The notes under the pieces: generated by a model
Seen by the model: only the letters and a program-made list of their open reading frames with translations
Told to the model about the DNA's origin: nothing
Database searches by the model: none
Shown here: one piece after another, positions 34,338 to 46,347 of the stretch
Layout: each line of letters starts with the position of its first letter
Numbering within the stretch: the stretch's first letter is position 1
Origin: Sporopachydermia quercuum
Lineage: Eukaryota
Assembly (NCBI GenBank): GCA_001599295.1
Contig: BCGN01000007.1
Coordinates: 694,433 to 758,432 of the forward strand
Direction of reading: 5' to 3'
Length of the DNA: 64,000 nt
Made by a program: the position numbers and the translations under genes

Positions 34338-35843
34338 ATGAGTAATCCTCTCACACCACCACCAACCAGTTCTGCTAGCACGGCCAATTTGGCGAATATT
34401 GCAAGCCAAAGCTTGCGGGATCGTGTGGAATCGATTGTATCTTTATTCCATGTTCCCAAAGATTTACTCGAGAATGGGGTAAAGAAATTCTTGGAACAGG
34501 CTGCTTTAGGCTTGGAAAAAGACATTCCAAGAAACCTTCCTATGATTCCAACATTTGTCACCAAGATTCCAACAGGTAGAGAAAAGGGAATTTTCCTTGC
34601 TGCTGATTTAGGAGGAACAAATTTCAGAGTCTGTTCTGTTCATTTGCAAGGCAACGGTGTTTTTTCAATCATACAAGAGAAGGCGCGTATTCCTAAAGAG
34701 CTAATGAGAGCGAAGACATCGCACGAGCTTTTTTCACATCTTGCTTCAAGAATTGATGATTTTATCGCCTCTCATTTGGCTGAACATTTTGCTGCCGAAG
34801 AAGATGAACCTGATCATTTGAAGCTTGGTTTTACTTTTTCGTTCCCAGTAGAACAAACAGAGCTGAATAAAGGTACATTAATCAGATGGACCAAAGGATT
34901 TGATATCGATGATACAATCGGTAAAGATGTAGTTGAATTATTACAAACTGAACTCGATGCAATTCCTAATCCAGCTAAGAAAGTAAATGTTGTTGCATTA
35001 GCTAATGACACTGTTGGAACACTAATGTGTAGAGCTTATTCATCTAATTCTTCAATGAATAAAATCATAATTGGCTCAATCTTTGGTACGGGAACCAATG
35101 GTGCATATATCGAAAAGTTATCAAACGTTCATAAGCTATTCACTGAACCACAATATAGTTCAACCAAATACTACGGAATGGATGTTTCTTCAGTCGGAGC
35201 AAACGATGTGATGGTTGTGAATACTGAATGGGGTTCATTTGATAACGATTTGACTGTCTTACCTCATACGAAATATGATGATATTATTGATGAATTGACC
35301 CCTAATCCTAAGTTCCATATGTTTGAGAAAAAGGTATCGGGAATGTTTATGGGTGAAATTCTTAGACAATTGTTAATTGAACTTGCTCCTGGTTTGATTG
35401 ACACCGAATTAGAAGGCGTTAAGAAAGTATTATCTACTCCATGGAGTCTTGATACTAAACATATGTCAAATATTCAATCAGGAGATGTCGAATCAGCTCT
35501 ACAAAACGTTTTTGATTTACCATCAGACTATAAGTTAAGTCGTGATTTTATCCTCACAGTTCAAGTGTTAACCAATGCCATTTCCAAGAGAGCAGCTTAC
35601 TTGGCTGCTATTCCAATTGCAGGAGTGGTCACAAAGATAGATGTTTTTAGGGATTTAGAAGAAGGACAACTTTTAGATGTGGGAGCTGATGGTTCTGTAG
35701 TACAGCATTATCCAGGATTCCAGGAACATGTTCATGAAGCATTATCTATGTTATTTGGTAAAGATGGGGACAAAGTTCGTATAGGCATTGCTAAGGATGG
35801 ATCAGGAGTTGGTGCTGCATTAATTGCAAGTACTGTTGTTTGA
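34338..35843 (+). CDS. GLK1: Glucokinase (hexokinase family, 501 aa)
   Basis: PMIPTFV, LAADLGGTNFRVCSV (Glk1-type), LGFTFSFPV, WTKGF, NDTVGT, GTGTNG, NTEWGSFDN, KDGSGVGAAL. Confidence 0.88.
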   Translation: MSNPLTPPPTSSASTANLANIASQSLRDRVESIVSLFHVPKDLLENGVKKFLEQAALGLEKDIPRNLPMIPTFVTKIPTGREKGIFLAADLGGTNFRVCSVHLQGNGVFSIIQEKARIPKELMRAKTSHELFSHLASRIDDFIASHLAEHFAAEEDEPDHLKLGFTFSFPVEQTELNKGTLIRWTKGFDIDDTIGKDVVELLQTELDAIPNPAKKVNVVALANDTVGTLMCRAYSSNSSMNKIIIGSIFGTGTNGAYIEKLSNVHKLFTEPQYSSTKYYGMDVSSVGANDVMVVNTEWGSFDNDLTVLPHTKYDDIIDELTPNPKFHMFEKKVSGMFMGEILRQLLIELAPGLIDTELEGVKKVLSTPWSLDTKHMSNIQSGDVESALQNVFDLPSDYKLSRDFILTVQVLTNAISKRAAYLAAIPIAGVVTKIDVFRDLEEGQLLDVGADGSVVQHYPGFQEHVHEALSMLFGKDGDKVRIGIAKDGSGVGAALIASTVV

Positions 35844-36320
35844 TTGAAGACTGGACGAGAATATGGGAGATGTTAAATGTTTTGAATGGAGATGAAATGA
35901 TTTATGATTTAACGAATGTTTCATATCTAATATTAATGAATACAATATACAATATGATTATGACATCTATGCTTAAACTGTAGAATTCATTGTAGTTCTA
36001 GTACATAAAGGATCTCTTTCCAAGCTTTAATAACCAGATGTATTATATTAGTATTAGAATTAAGCTGTGACTAAGTCCAAGTCCTCGAGTTCACTGGTGC
36101 ACGAGAAACTACAATGCTAGCAATTAGAGCCCACTAGATCAAGAGAAAGTTTGAAAGGCTACACATTTCAACTTTAATCGGCTGTATATTCTAACAAATT
36201 ACAATAACAATGTTCATGGTGCTGAATAAACCTGTCTTCTAACAGGTTTTGATAGTTTACTGTTACGGTTATACTTAACAGCATTGATAAACCAAATATT
36301 ATATTACATTAGTGTAGTAT

Positions 36321-36882
36321 TTACTCGGGCTTAACAAAAGAAAGGATATCAGAGTCACCAGCATCCAAAATAGATAAAACACCAACTCTGAAAAGCTTAC
36401 CACAAGCGGTACCGAGTTCGTTGTTACCACCTTGGAAGTAGTAAACGTTAGTCTTGGACAACATAGCGTAGTATTCCAATTCTGACTTTCTCAAGACAGG
36501 AGTGTTGGAGGCAATGATGATCAACTTGGCCTTTCCTTGTCTTAAAGCCTTGACGGTAGACTTGTACCCCAAGACATATTTACCAGACTTAATAACGAGA
36601 TTAAGCTTATGGTTGATGTTTTCAGTGGTCTTCTTAGTAGTGGGAGCCTATTGATATTATTAGTATTACGTTCTCCTAGTCGATAATGAATACGAACCCC
36701 TATCAGTTTGAATCTAGTTGTAAAATGGTAGGCCATAATTGCAAGAAAAGCTATAAACCAAATCATTCTATCTTCAGAACATAAAATGTATTTGTTTCAA
36801 GCTTCTCCTGTATCTGCTTCTACTATTCCAACAAATGAATCCACCTAACGGAAAGAAAAAAAATCAAAAAACTACTAACCAT
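36321..36882 (-). CDS. RPL30: 60S ribosomal protein eL30 (109 aa); exon 1 = ATG only (36882-36880), exon 2 36647-36321
   Basis: [32 protein letters not shown]...[13 protein letters not shown]...[16 protein letters not shown]. Confidence 0.96.
36648..36879 (-). other. Spliceosomal intron of RPL30 (232 nt) with non-consensus 5'SS GTTAGT
   Basis: ATG|GTTAGT...TACTAAT...TAG|GCT; same position as the S. cerevisiae RPL30 intron. Confidence 0.9.
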
Positions 36883-36941
36883 CGCTGCGCTTGTCTTGTC
36901 GAATATTTAATTAATGTTCGGATATATGAAGCACTCCGGTC
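36877..36941 (-). promoter_or_regulatory. L30e-binding kink-turn (RPL30 autoregulatory element)
   Basis: Transcript reads GACCGGAGUGCUU...AAGCGCAGCGAUGGUU, versus the S. cerevisiae element GACCGGAGUGU...ACGCAGAGAUGGUC; it overlaps the AUG and the 5' splice site. Confidence 0.88.
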
Positions 36942-37118
36942 TTAATTGTTTATTAGAGAATATTGAAGGTGAATAAAAGCTAAATATTTAGATAGATGAT
37001 CAACAACATGAAAGCGTAGCAAAGGTAGCAAAGAAAGAAGAAATAACCACACAAGAATATATTTTCAGTAGTATCATAGTTCCACTATGAGATGCCAATC
37101 TCCACGAAATGGAAATTG

Positions 37119-37405
37119 TTGCGTCGGTAAATACNATACTGATAATTACGCACACAACTCTACTTTTACTGTGACAAAACAAAATAAATCGGTCCTTTCA
37201 CGTGATGTCTGTATTTGGATATTACCAAGTAGTTTTCAGACCAATTTCAGAGTAAATTTCAGACTATGTTTTAACTTGGTCATTCCATATTGTAAAATAC
37301 TTCTTCCAATGTATTCAGGAAATTATTCTGTACCAACCCGCGCAACGTCAGTTTGTATGGAACTCTTGGTAGGAACAACAGGTAGGGAGGAGTAACACCC
37401 AGATT
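37119..37405. promoter_or_regulatory. Candidate RP-gene motifs in the RPL30/RPL24 bidirectional promoter
   Basis: TTGCGTC (Fhl1-like, 37119-37125), TCACGTGA (Cbf1, 37198-37205), ACACCCAGATT (weak Rap1-like, 37395-37405). Confidence 0.4.
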
Positions 37406-37546
37406 GGAAGGTTTGACTACCTATTATCACTTTTATAAGTTGTATATTATTTCAAGATACAAGATATTGATATTGGATTATATCGGTATTCAGACACTAT
37501 TTTGAACTACATTGAAGTAACTTCGGATATCTCAGTAATCATATAT

Positions 37547-38047
37547 GTATGTTTGATATTGATTTTTGAAAGGATTGTTGGTCAATGGCTTAATTTGATT
37601 GGAAATGATTGATACTTCAGGCGCGACTGTGAGGTTGGCGATACAACAGCAATGGAACATTGGGGCGGGGGCAATGTGGAAACTATCTCATTTATGTCTT
37701 GATATAATAGTAGAGGCGTTCAACAACTATTGGCAGATGATAATGGGAGGCAAGAGGTATNTCAACTGTTACTCAACTGTATTTCATGCACTATGGCCTT
37801 TTAATATCCATGCATCTGGTTACTGGGTTATTNTGTTCAACAATCTAAGTAACTACGACCCGTCACAGGTCGTGACAATTTACACACAATCTACATGCAG
37901 TATTTCCCAAATCTATGAACGACTGCTTCTTATACAAATACTACGACCCTTTACTCTTGCCCGTGAAGCTATTTATCATTGAATCAGACATGCCAATACT
38001 TTTTATATTTCTATACTATAAAGGGATATACTAACTCTATCTAATAG
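37547..38047 (+). other. 5'-UTR intron of RPL24
   Basis: TACTAAC at 38029-38035 and TAG at 38045-38047, ending 4 nt before the ATG; best 5'SS is GTATGT at 37547 (less certain). S. cerevisiae RPL24 genes also have 5'-UTR introns. Confidence 0.7.
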
Positions 38048-38051
38048 CACA

Positions 38052-38522
38052 ATGAAGATCGAAATTGACTCATTTTCCGGTGCCAAGATCTACCCTGGAA
38101 GAGGTAAGCTCTTCGTCAGAGGTGATTCCAAGGTTTTCAGATTCCACTCCTCCAAGAGTGCTTCTTTGTTCCAACAAAGAAAGAACCCTAGAAGAATCTC
38201 CTGGACTGTTCTTTACAGAAGAAAGCACCGTAAAGGAATCACTGAAGAAGTTGCCAAGAAGAGAACCAGAAAGACCATCAAGCACCAAAGAGCTATTGTT
38301 GGTGCTACCTTAGATCAAATTAAGGAAAGAAGATCTATCAAGCCAGAAGCCAGAAAGGCCGCTCGTGAAGAAGCTGCTAAGGCTGAAAAGGAAAAGAAGA
38401 AGGCTTTGAAGGATAAGAAGAAGAGTGAAAAGGCTAAGTTGGTCGCTCAACAAAAGGGATCCAAGATCACTAAACAACAAGCCAAGGGTGCCTTCCAAAA
38501 GGTCCAAGCTACTTCTCGTTAG
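38052..38522 (+). CDS. RPL24: 60S ribosomal protein eL24 (156 aa)
   Basis: MKIEIDSFSGAKIYPGRG...KNPRRISWTVLYRRKHRKGITEE; strong high-expression codon bias. Confidence 0.97.
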   Translation: MKIEIDSFSGAKIYPGRGKLFVRGDSKVFRFHSSKSASLFQQRKNPRRISWTVLYRRKHRKGITEEVAKKRTRKTIKHQRAIVGATLDQIKERRSIKPEARKAAREEAAKAEKEKKKALKDKKKSEKAKLVAQQKGSKITKQQAKGAFQKVQATSR

Positions 38523-38933
38523 GCAAATTTAATAGTGTAGTCATTATTCATTTTATTTTTTAATGAGAGAACCTTGTCGTGATCATGAATCAATAAATCT
38601 CTTTGATTTTAATCCTGCTGTAGTTTAATTTATGTTACTTTATGCGTGATAATCGTTATAATATAGAGGTAATAGTCTATGGAGTTTAGTGTAATCTATA
38701 ATATGGGCTTGTTGCTTTTGTGGAAATACGCTAGATATCATTGTTNCTAAACATAAATATAATTATTGGATGCAACAGCGGGTCCTCCTCTAATGCCACT
38801 TATCTCACGTAGGAACACTACCAGTGAAACACCTTATTAAGCTAGAATTACTTGGGATGTATATTTCATCGAGTTTAGAAATGAGCCCATTATTATCTAT
38901 CAAACGTTTTAATATATATTATAACATCGTTTA

Positions 38934-38943
38934 TATGTACAAG
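38934..38943 (-). promoter_or_regulatory. Puf3-binding element in the MRPL32 3'UTR
   Basis: Minus strand CTTGTACATA, about 160 nt after the stop. Confidence 0.6.
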
Positions 38944-39104
38944 CTGATGTATATATCTCCCAAAATCCCAGTGTCTTTTTGTTTCCAATACTGGAATTTA
39001 CATTTGTCACATGCAATATCAGATAGCCCTCTCATATAACATTCATTGATACTACTTGTAAGTTTCATGACCTTTCCTTCTCCTTCAACAATACAGATGG
39101 TTCT

Positions 39105-39665
39105 TTACTGAGATTTCTTCTCAACAGGAAGTGAACGAGGTCTTCTAAGAACGTAATCTTCTCTCTTCTTTAACAGCTTCTCATACTCTGATTCTTCCTT
39201 TCCAGGATATAAAATTCTTTGATCAATCTTTTCTATTTCACCAAGGTCCTTCAAAACCTTATTCTCTTCAGCTTGTTTAGCTTCCCTATCTTGCTTCCTA
39301 AAGAATTGACGGATTTCAGCAAAGCAGTGCATGCAAAGGAAATGTGCTCTTTTATAATGACCACATGATGGGCATCGGTTCAAATGATGTAAAACCTTTA
39401 ATTGCTTTTTTCCAGGAGCTAGAAGACGTTGTCTCTTCTTCATGTGAGATGTCTTCTTTTTAGGGGCTGCAAGCAGTATACCATTACCACTGAAAAATTC
39501 TTGCTCTGTGGTTATAGCTCGAGCCGATGCTTCATTTTCTAACGATCTGCCAAATGGATTTGGTAAATTAACTGTCACAGGCATACCATTTTTAGGTAAA
39601 AGAGTTGTTAGCCTTTGAGCGATTTCTGGCAAAGCTTGAGGAAGTCCAAATCTCAGAGTTGCCAT
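39105..39665 (-). CDS. MRPL32: Mitochondrial ribosomal protein bL32m (186 aa)
   Basis: LLAAPKKKTSHMKKRQR followed by the CPSCGHYKRAHFLCMHC zinc motif. Confidence 0.93.
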   Translation of the reverse strand: MATLRFGLPQALPEIAQRLTTLLPKNGMPVTVNLPNPFGRSLENEASARAITTEQEFFSGNGILLAAPKKKTSHMKKRQRLLAPGKKQLKVLHHLNRCPSCGHYKRAHFLCMHCFAEIRQFFRKQDREAKQAEENKVLKDLGEIEKIDQRILYPGKEESEYEKLLKKREDYVLRRPRSLPVEKKSQ

Positions 39666-40733
39666 ATTGAATAGTGCTTTGGTAAAGTGATGGTATGCAA
39701 ATGCTACAACAGAACAGTGGCTTGTGGTCTGAGAGATACACCTTCTCGATTGTTTATGAACTTATGAGGTATCTTGTTAGGTCTGTGTTTCAACAATTTG
39801 CAGTATGGCCATAAGCGTATTGATGACAATATATATGAAAATTAGAGTATATCCGTGGTTACTGACTGGAATGTTTCTAGTATCCCAACAAGTCGTATGT
39901 CTAGTATTTGATGGACTTTCACTGTCTATAATTGAGCGCTTGGTCGTCTATTATCTCTTTCATGAAAACCTGATTCAACAGTCAGTTTTCAATCACACCA
40001 GCGGCTCCCTTCACTTTATTTTTTCAGGATTATCTTCTCGTGCCAACATTCCACCATTAAATCTGCGCAATGTACTATAATACATATTCCGCACAATTTC
40101 CCATCAACACTTTTGAGTTTTCTTGGTTTTGAAAGCTGAGCCAACCAGAAGATGAGTGCTATGCATTACCCGGCTCAAAAGTTTCGGAGAACTTAATAAT
40201 ATTTGTATCGCATAATTTCCGGGAACTACATCCATACACCATAAATCCCCAAAAAGAGGTTCGCGTTTCATGCACAAACGCGCTTCACTTACATGAATTA
40301 TACTTTTGTATATGTGTATCAAATGAACTTGAAACACAAACAGCGAAGTTAATCGATTGATTGATTGATCCTATAAAATCAATAGGATTTCTGTCTGCAA
40401 ACTTCTCTACTCTTTGTTCGTATTCATGAGCAATTATATATGTTCATTGCCTAAAACGAGTTGATTATTCAATTGTAACTTTTCACGTAACGCATAACAT
40501 TAATGAGGTTGTTGAGTGATAGATCATTCATATATTCAATCATAAGTCAGTCTTTTATGGATAAACATTGGGGCGCTTCCTGAGATATATAACGATAATC
40601 TGTATAAAGTGCTATCATAGCAGAGGTATTGAGAGCTGGAATCCTTGGCAATAAATAGCGGGATATTAGATCTATCAGCTACTATCGTTAATTCAACTGA
40701 GAACCCAACATTGATATAGTACTATACCTCAAA

Positions 40734-41866
40734 ATGGAAGACCTATTAGCAGCTGAAACACCAAGATCCTATGTTGGTTTTGATACCATTACCAGACAGA
40801 TTGAAGAACGCTTAGTTAGAAGAGGATTTCAATTCAATCTTATGGTTGTAGGCGCTTCAGGGTTAGGTAAATCAACACTAGTTAATTCTCTGTTTGCTTC
40901 ACATTTGGTTGACTCACAAGGGAGAAAAGATGTTACTACACCAATTGAAAGAACGAGTGAGATATGCTCAAAGTCTTGTGTATTAGAAGAAAATGGTGTA
41001 AGATTGAAATTGAACATCATAGACACTCCAGGATACGGAGATCAAGTCAATAATGATAGATGTTGGGAACCAATTGTCAAATTCATTAAGGATCAATATT
41101 CACATTATTTACGACGTGAACTAACCCCCCAAAGAGAAAAGTTTATCCCTGATACTAGAGTTCATTGTGTGTTGTTCTTCATTCAGCCTTACGGACAAGG
41201 GTTGAAAGAGTTGGACATTGTTGTGTTGAAGCAACTTGCAGATATTGTGAATGTCGTTCCTATCATTGCAAAGTCAGACACTTTAACAATTGCTGAGAGA
41301 GAAAAGTTTAAGAAACTGGTATGTCATATTTAGAGATTTCGAAGGTGATTTGATATGAAAACAAATAGAAGTGCTTTGAACGCTACCAAAGTGTCTTTTG
41401 ACTTTAGCATTTACTAACAATCTATAGGTTCAAGCACAATTGGGAGCCCATGACTTATCCATATATCCTTATGATTTTGAATTCTTAAGTGAAGCAGAAA
41501 GACAAAAGAATGCTGAAATTAGAGTAAGTGGATTTGAATATATACCAGGAGAAGTATGATTATGTGTCAATTAATATTTAACTAACCACTCTGAAACAGA
41601 ATGCTCTCCCCTATGCCATTGTTGGGTCTGAAAAGGATATTAATGTCGACGGTAAAACCATTCGAGGACGTAGAACAAGATGGGGAACTATTAATATTGA
41701 GGATAGAGATCATTGTGAGTTTATCTGTTTGAGGGATTTCCTCACTAAATCTCATTTACAGGATTTGATTGAAACAACATCATTTATACATTATGAAGGA
41801 TTTAGAAGTAAACAATTGTTAGCTTTGAAGGAAACTTCCAGTCATAACAGACAGAAGGGTTATTAG
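40734..41866 (+). CDS. CDC10: Septin Cdc10 (315 aa); exons 40734-41318, 41428-41523, 41600-41866
   Basis: YVGFDTIT, GASGLGKST, DTPGYGD, AKSD and WG..NIED..HCEF motifs; no C-terminal coiled coil, as in Cdc10. Confidence 0.95.
41319..41427 (+). other. CDC10 intron 1 (109 nt)
   Basis: GTATGT...TACTAAC...TAG, phase 0. Confidence 0.9.
41524..41599 (+). other. CDC10 intron 2 (76 nt)
   Basis: GTAAGT...AACTAAC...CAG, phase 0. Confidence 0.9.
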
Positions 41867-42590
41867 ATGTAACTAAAACTAGCGCAAGTATTGGTAAGGT
41901 TATTCAAATTTAAATTATTGCTATAGTGATTCTAACCTTGTAGATTTCACCTTATATTGTTAGCCCACATAGTTTCCCTTGCATCCTCTCCTACTGTATT
42001 CTCCTTTCTTGTTGTATGTTATTCGATATTATATCAGTGCTTGTTATAGCGAGAACTATACCTTTCTGATTACCGTTTCATTATGCACATGTAGTCAAAA
42101 ATCAACCTATAAATAACCTACCCTCAACTTATGAATTGTTATCAACTGAGAGTTGCCATAGGTTGAATTGAATTAAATCTCAAATTGTCTAGTATCATTA
42201 TATTCAATTTTTGTTCTTATTTATATTCATATTTGTTCCAAGCGGTCTATCCTGTAATCCACTTGTCCTTCCCAGCAGTTGTCATCTATTACCCAATTCC
42301 AATACCAGCCACGTGATCCAGTACAGCAAAACTTTATTCTTGTTTACAATTGTTCACCAGGTCACATGGACCTCCACAGGTACATCCCAAAACCAACTCC
42401 CCAGCAGCAACTCAATTGATAACAATAATCGAGAAACAACTTGACTCCTTGCTATATCAGTTAAAATAACCCGGGTCTTAAATTCTATCAATTAAACATC
42501 AATCAAAAAAATGCTCAACAAATGGAAACAGTGTTTCCTTCAACAAGATTAAAAGCTGATTTATTTCATTGCTGATTATCTCTTCTCACT

Positions 42591-45500
42591 ATGAGCCATT
42601 CTCATTGCACACAGACTGATAAACAGTACCCAGTACTGAATTTCACTCCTGTAGGTAAAAAAGTGCAATCTATTTATGAAAACAGGCTTCCTATCTTCAC
42701 AGCTGAAGGTGAATATAAAAACTTAAATTTGCCTACCTTTTATGATTATGGAAGAGTAAATGATAAAAGTAATTCTACTGATGACGATGGGTATGTTTGC
42801 CTACAAGTATATAGTGTCCCACACCTTGCAAGACCTTCATTCAAACAAGCATTAGTAGATTCTAAAGGTAAATGGAGACCAACAGCTATTGGTGAAAGTT
42901 TCGGTCCGTCATGGGCTACTCATTGGTTTCATATTAAGATAAANCTGCCAAGCTCATGGACAGAATCTTCAACTCCTGAGAAGATATTTTTTGAATGGGA
43001 CTGTGAGAATGAAGGGTTGATCTATACAGCTGATGGTCTCCCCAGACAAGCTTTCTCTGGAGAAAGAAACGAATGGTTATTACCTCAATCTTGGTACGAC
43101 ACGGAAGAACACGAATTCTACCTTGAAATGTCTTGTAACGGTATGTTTGGTTGTGCTACTCCCGGTGTTGGTGACATTATGCCACCTAATCCTAATCGCT
43201 ACTTTGAGCTTAAGACAGCAGATATTGTTTTGCCTAATATTGAAGCCCGGAGACTTGCTGTTGACTTTTTAATCATATCTGACGCTGCAAGGGAACTTCC
43301 TGACGATTCATGGCAAAAGCATAAGGCCAGAGAAACTGCTAATGAGATCATTGATACTTTCAACCCGGAAGATCTATCATCGGTAGCTAAATGCAGAGAA
43401 TTAGCTAAAACATATCTCGGAACAGAAATTGATACTCCAGATGTTTTCTCCGATGGTAATTTGAGATTACCTCAGCGTATTGAAGTTTATGGTGTAGGCC
43501 ATTGTCATATTGACACTGCATGGCTATGGCCATTTGCTGAGACCAGAAGAAAGGTATGTCGTTCATGGACCACTCAAATGAATATAATGGACGAATATCC
43601 CGAGTACCAATTTGTTGCTTCTCAAGCTCAACAGTATAAATGGTTGAAAGAAGATCATCCTGAAGTATTTGACAGACTCAAACACAAAGTGACTTCAGGT
43701 CAGTTTATTCCTATCGGTGGCTCTTGGGTAGAAAACGACACTAATATGCCATGCGGTGAATCACTTATTCGTCAATTTCTTTTGGGACAGAGATACTTTG
43801 AAAAAGAGTTCGGTAAAAGATCAACAACTTTCTGGCTTCCTGACACTTTTGGTTATTCTTCCCAAATGCCTCAGCTTTCTCGCTCTGCAGGAATGCACAA
43901 TTTCCTCACTCAGAAACTTTCTTGGAATAATATCAATAGGTTTCCTAATACTACTTTCAACTGGGTAGCTCTTGATGGTACCCAGGTTTTATGCCATATG
44001 CCTCCAGATGATACTTATACTGCTTTGGCTAATTTCGGTGATGTATCACGATCTTTACATCAGCATAAAAACCTGGCTGACAGTCAAACGGGATTGCTGG
44101 TTTATGGCCATGGTGATGGTGGCGGAGGTCCGACACCAAAGATGGTCGAGAAACTGCGTCGTTGCAGAGGATTAAGCAATACAGTCGGATTACTACCTAC
44201 TCTCAAATTGGGAAATACTGTTGANGAATTCTTTGATGGAATTCTGGCTTCAACTGATGCAGGTTCCAAACTGGTTTCATGGTTCGGGGAACTGTATTTT
44301 GAATTCCATAGAGGTACTTATACAACTCAAGCTAGTATCAAGAAATCTAATCGTGAGAGTGAATTTTTGTTGCATGAATTAGAGTATCTAGCAACATTAG
44401 CTTCAATTGTTGTTGATAGCTATAAATACCCTTTGAAACAGTTAGAATATTTATGGGAAAACGTTTGTTTATGTCAGTTTCATGATGTTCTACCTGGTTC
44501 CAGTATTGAAATTGTTTATGACGATGCCAAGAGTGTGTACGCAGAAGTGAAAAAATTAGCTCTATCATTGATTGATGATACTTTGAAAGCTTTGAAAGTT
44601 CAAGGAATATTGAATACATTTCCTTGGAAAAGATCTGAGATTGTAAAGATTGATAACACCGTATATCTTGGTGAAAATAGCAATTGTATTAAACAGATAT
44701 CTGATAAAGGCAAAGCAGCTGGAACTCAGTTTATTGCTGTTACTGGTGATAGCGTTGTCAGCCCTGTTTCTGATGTTTATTCACCAGTGAGAATTGAAGA
44801 AATCAATGAAAGCAAATTCATACTTAATAATGGGGCTTTGGAAGTTATAATTGAAGATGGATTAGTTTCTAGTATTGTTGATTTAAGACCTAATCAACAT
44901 CATAGGCAAATAATCTCATCTTCATTAGGCAAATCTAAAGGTGGTAACCAATACGTGCTATTTGACGATCAACCATTGAATTGGCAAGCCTGGGACACCG
45001 AAGTGTATTCTCTTGGTAAATGGAAGTTGCTCCAAGAAAGTAAAACCAGTTTATATGAGGTTGGACCTCTTAGAGCTTCAGTTTTGGTTGAAACAAAGAT
45101 TTCTGATAAGAGTTGGATCAAGACTGTGATTTCTCTTGATGCAATCATTGCTAAAGGTGATTTAAACAATTCTACTGTTATATTTGAAACTGAAGTTGAA
45201 TGGAATGAGGCTTGCAAGTTCCTAAAGGCTGAATTTCCTGTAAATATTCATAACGATACTGCTAGTTATGAATGTCAATTTGGGGTAGTCAAACGTCCCA
45301 CTCATTATAATACATCATGGGATATGGCCAAGTTTGAAGTATGTTCTCACAAGTTTGCTGATTACTCAGAATATGGCTACGGTGTTGCTATTCTAAACGA
45401 TTCCAAGTATGGATTTGCTACACAAGGAAGCGTTATGAGACTCAGTTTGTTGAGAAGTCCAAAGGCCCCTGATGAACATGCTGATATGGGCAGACACTAT

Positions 45501-45923
45501 ATTAAGTATGCAATTTTACCTCATTCTGGAGGTTTGAGTCCTGAAATTGTTAAACAAGGATTCAATTTCAATCAAAGGTCGTTGGTACCATCTGCTGCTT
45601 CTGCTGGTTATAACTCTCTGATTTCAATCTCTGGTGATGAGAATATCATCTTGTCGAATATCAAGAGAGGAGAAGATGATAGTGATATCTCATTAGGATA
45701 TTTGCCAGTTAAACATGATGGATACAAGACAGTTATAGTTCGCTTATATGAAGCATTAGGGGGCCATGCGACTGCAAGGCTGAAAGTTAATTTCGGGAAA
45801 GTGAGCAAAATATTCAAATGTAATGTGCTGGAAGATGAGATTGAAGAATTGTTGTATAATGAAGGTGTGGATGTTACTTTAAGAGCATTTGAAGTGCAGA
45901 CATTGAGAATTGTTTTGTCATAA
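42591..45923 (+). CDS. AMS1: Vacuolar alpha-mannosidase, GH38 (1110 aa)
   Basis: [37 protein letters not shown] and [10 protein letters not shown] motifs; no signal peptide. Confidence 0.95.
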   Translation: MSHSHCTQTDKQYPVLNFTPVGKKVQSIYENRLPIFTAEGEYKNLNLPTFYDYGRVNDKSNSTDDDGYVCLQVYSVPHLARPSFKQALVDSKGKWRPTAIGESFGPSWATHWFHIKIXLPSSWTESSTPEKIFFEWDCENEGLIYTADGLPRQAFSGERNEWLLPQSWYDTEEHEFYLEMSCNGMFGCATPGVGDIMPPNPNRYFELKTADIVLPNIEARRLAVDFLIISDAARELPDDSWQKHKARETANEIIDTFNPEDLSSVAKCRELAKTYLGTEIDTPDVFSDGNLRLPQRIEVYGVGHCHIDTAWLWPFAETRRKVCRSWTTQMNIMDEYPEYQFVASQAQQYKWLKEDHPEVFDRLKHKVTSGQFIPIGGSWVENDTNMPCGESLIRQFLLGQRYFEKEFGKRSTTFWLPDTFGYSSQMPQLSRSAGMHNFLTQKLSWNNINRFPNTTFNWVALDGTQVLCHMPPDDTYTALANFGDVSRSLHQHKNLADSQTGLLVYGHGDGGGGPTPKMVEKLRRCRGLSNTVGLLPTLKLGNTVXEFFDGILASTDAGSKLVSWFGELYFEFHRGTYTTQASIKKSNRESEFLLHELEYLATLASIVVDSYKYPLKQLEYLWENVCLCQFHDVLPGSSIEIVYDDAKSVYAEVKKLALSLIDDTLKALKVQGILNTFPWKRSEIVKIDNTVYLGENSNCIKQISDKGKAAGTQFIAVTGDSVVSPVSDVYSPVRIEEINESKFILNNGALEVIIEDGLVSSIVDLRPNQHHRQIISSSLGKSKGGNQYVLFDDQPLNWQAWDTEVYSLGKWKLLQESKTSLYEVGPLRASVLVETKISDKSWIKTVISLDAIIAKGDLNNSTVIFETEVEWNEACKFLKAEFPVNIHNDTASYECQFGVVKRPTHYNTSWDMAKFEVCSHKFADYSEYGYGVAILNDSKYGFATQGSVMRLSLLRSPKAPDEHADMGRHYIKYAILPHSGGLSPEIVKQGFNFNQRSLVPSAASAGYNSLISISGDENIILSNIKRGEDDSDISLGYLPVKHDGYKTVIVRLYEALGGHATARLKVNFGKVSKIFKCNVLEDEIEELLYNEGVDVTLRAFEVQTLRIVLS

Positions 45924-46347
45924 TTGGTATAATACTGATGGTTATTGATTTTTTGTGTATAGAATGAGAAGAAAAAGTTGAATTGTTAGTTGTTGGTTTA
46001 TTTTGCCTGTTTATTGTAAAAGAGTATAACCAGATTGGAACTGCCGTAAGAACACTGAAACCGGAAAAGACGAACAAATTTCGGAGATTATACTTTCTAA
46101 TTTATATGGTATATTTATATTATCTCCGGAATATATTCCTTCCTCATAGCGAAAAAAACAACATCTTTTCCGAAAGTTTGGTGATCACATCCTCCCATCT
46201 TTAATGGCTATCATAACTAGGTCTAACCCCCGAATATACTTAGAAAATCTTAGCTCATCTGAGCTTTTTGACTTTCATTTCGTGTTTTCGTATAATTCAA
46301 TTGTAAAGGATCGAAACGATCATTTTCAGAAATCTACAGTACCAGAA

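Noticed and set aside
40569..40660. TPP-riboswitch-like GGGGCGC..CTGAGA (also CTGAGA at 2044)
   Set aside because: No downstream ATACC/GAACTTGAT/TAAT..CAGCG core and no thiamine gene nearby.
39000..46180. Point centromere near CDC10 (CDEI-like GTCACATG at about 39006 and 42361, TTCCGAA at about 46168)
   Set aside because: No CDEI-CDEII-CDEIII spacing with a very AT-rich core; the motifs are kilobases apart.
46204..46347. 48-aa N-terminal extension of Cdc43
   Set aside because: Reads like AT-rich leader sequence and family similarity starts near 46348; cannot be excluded without TSS data.
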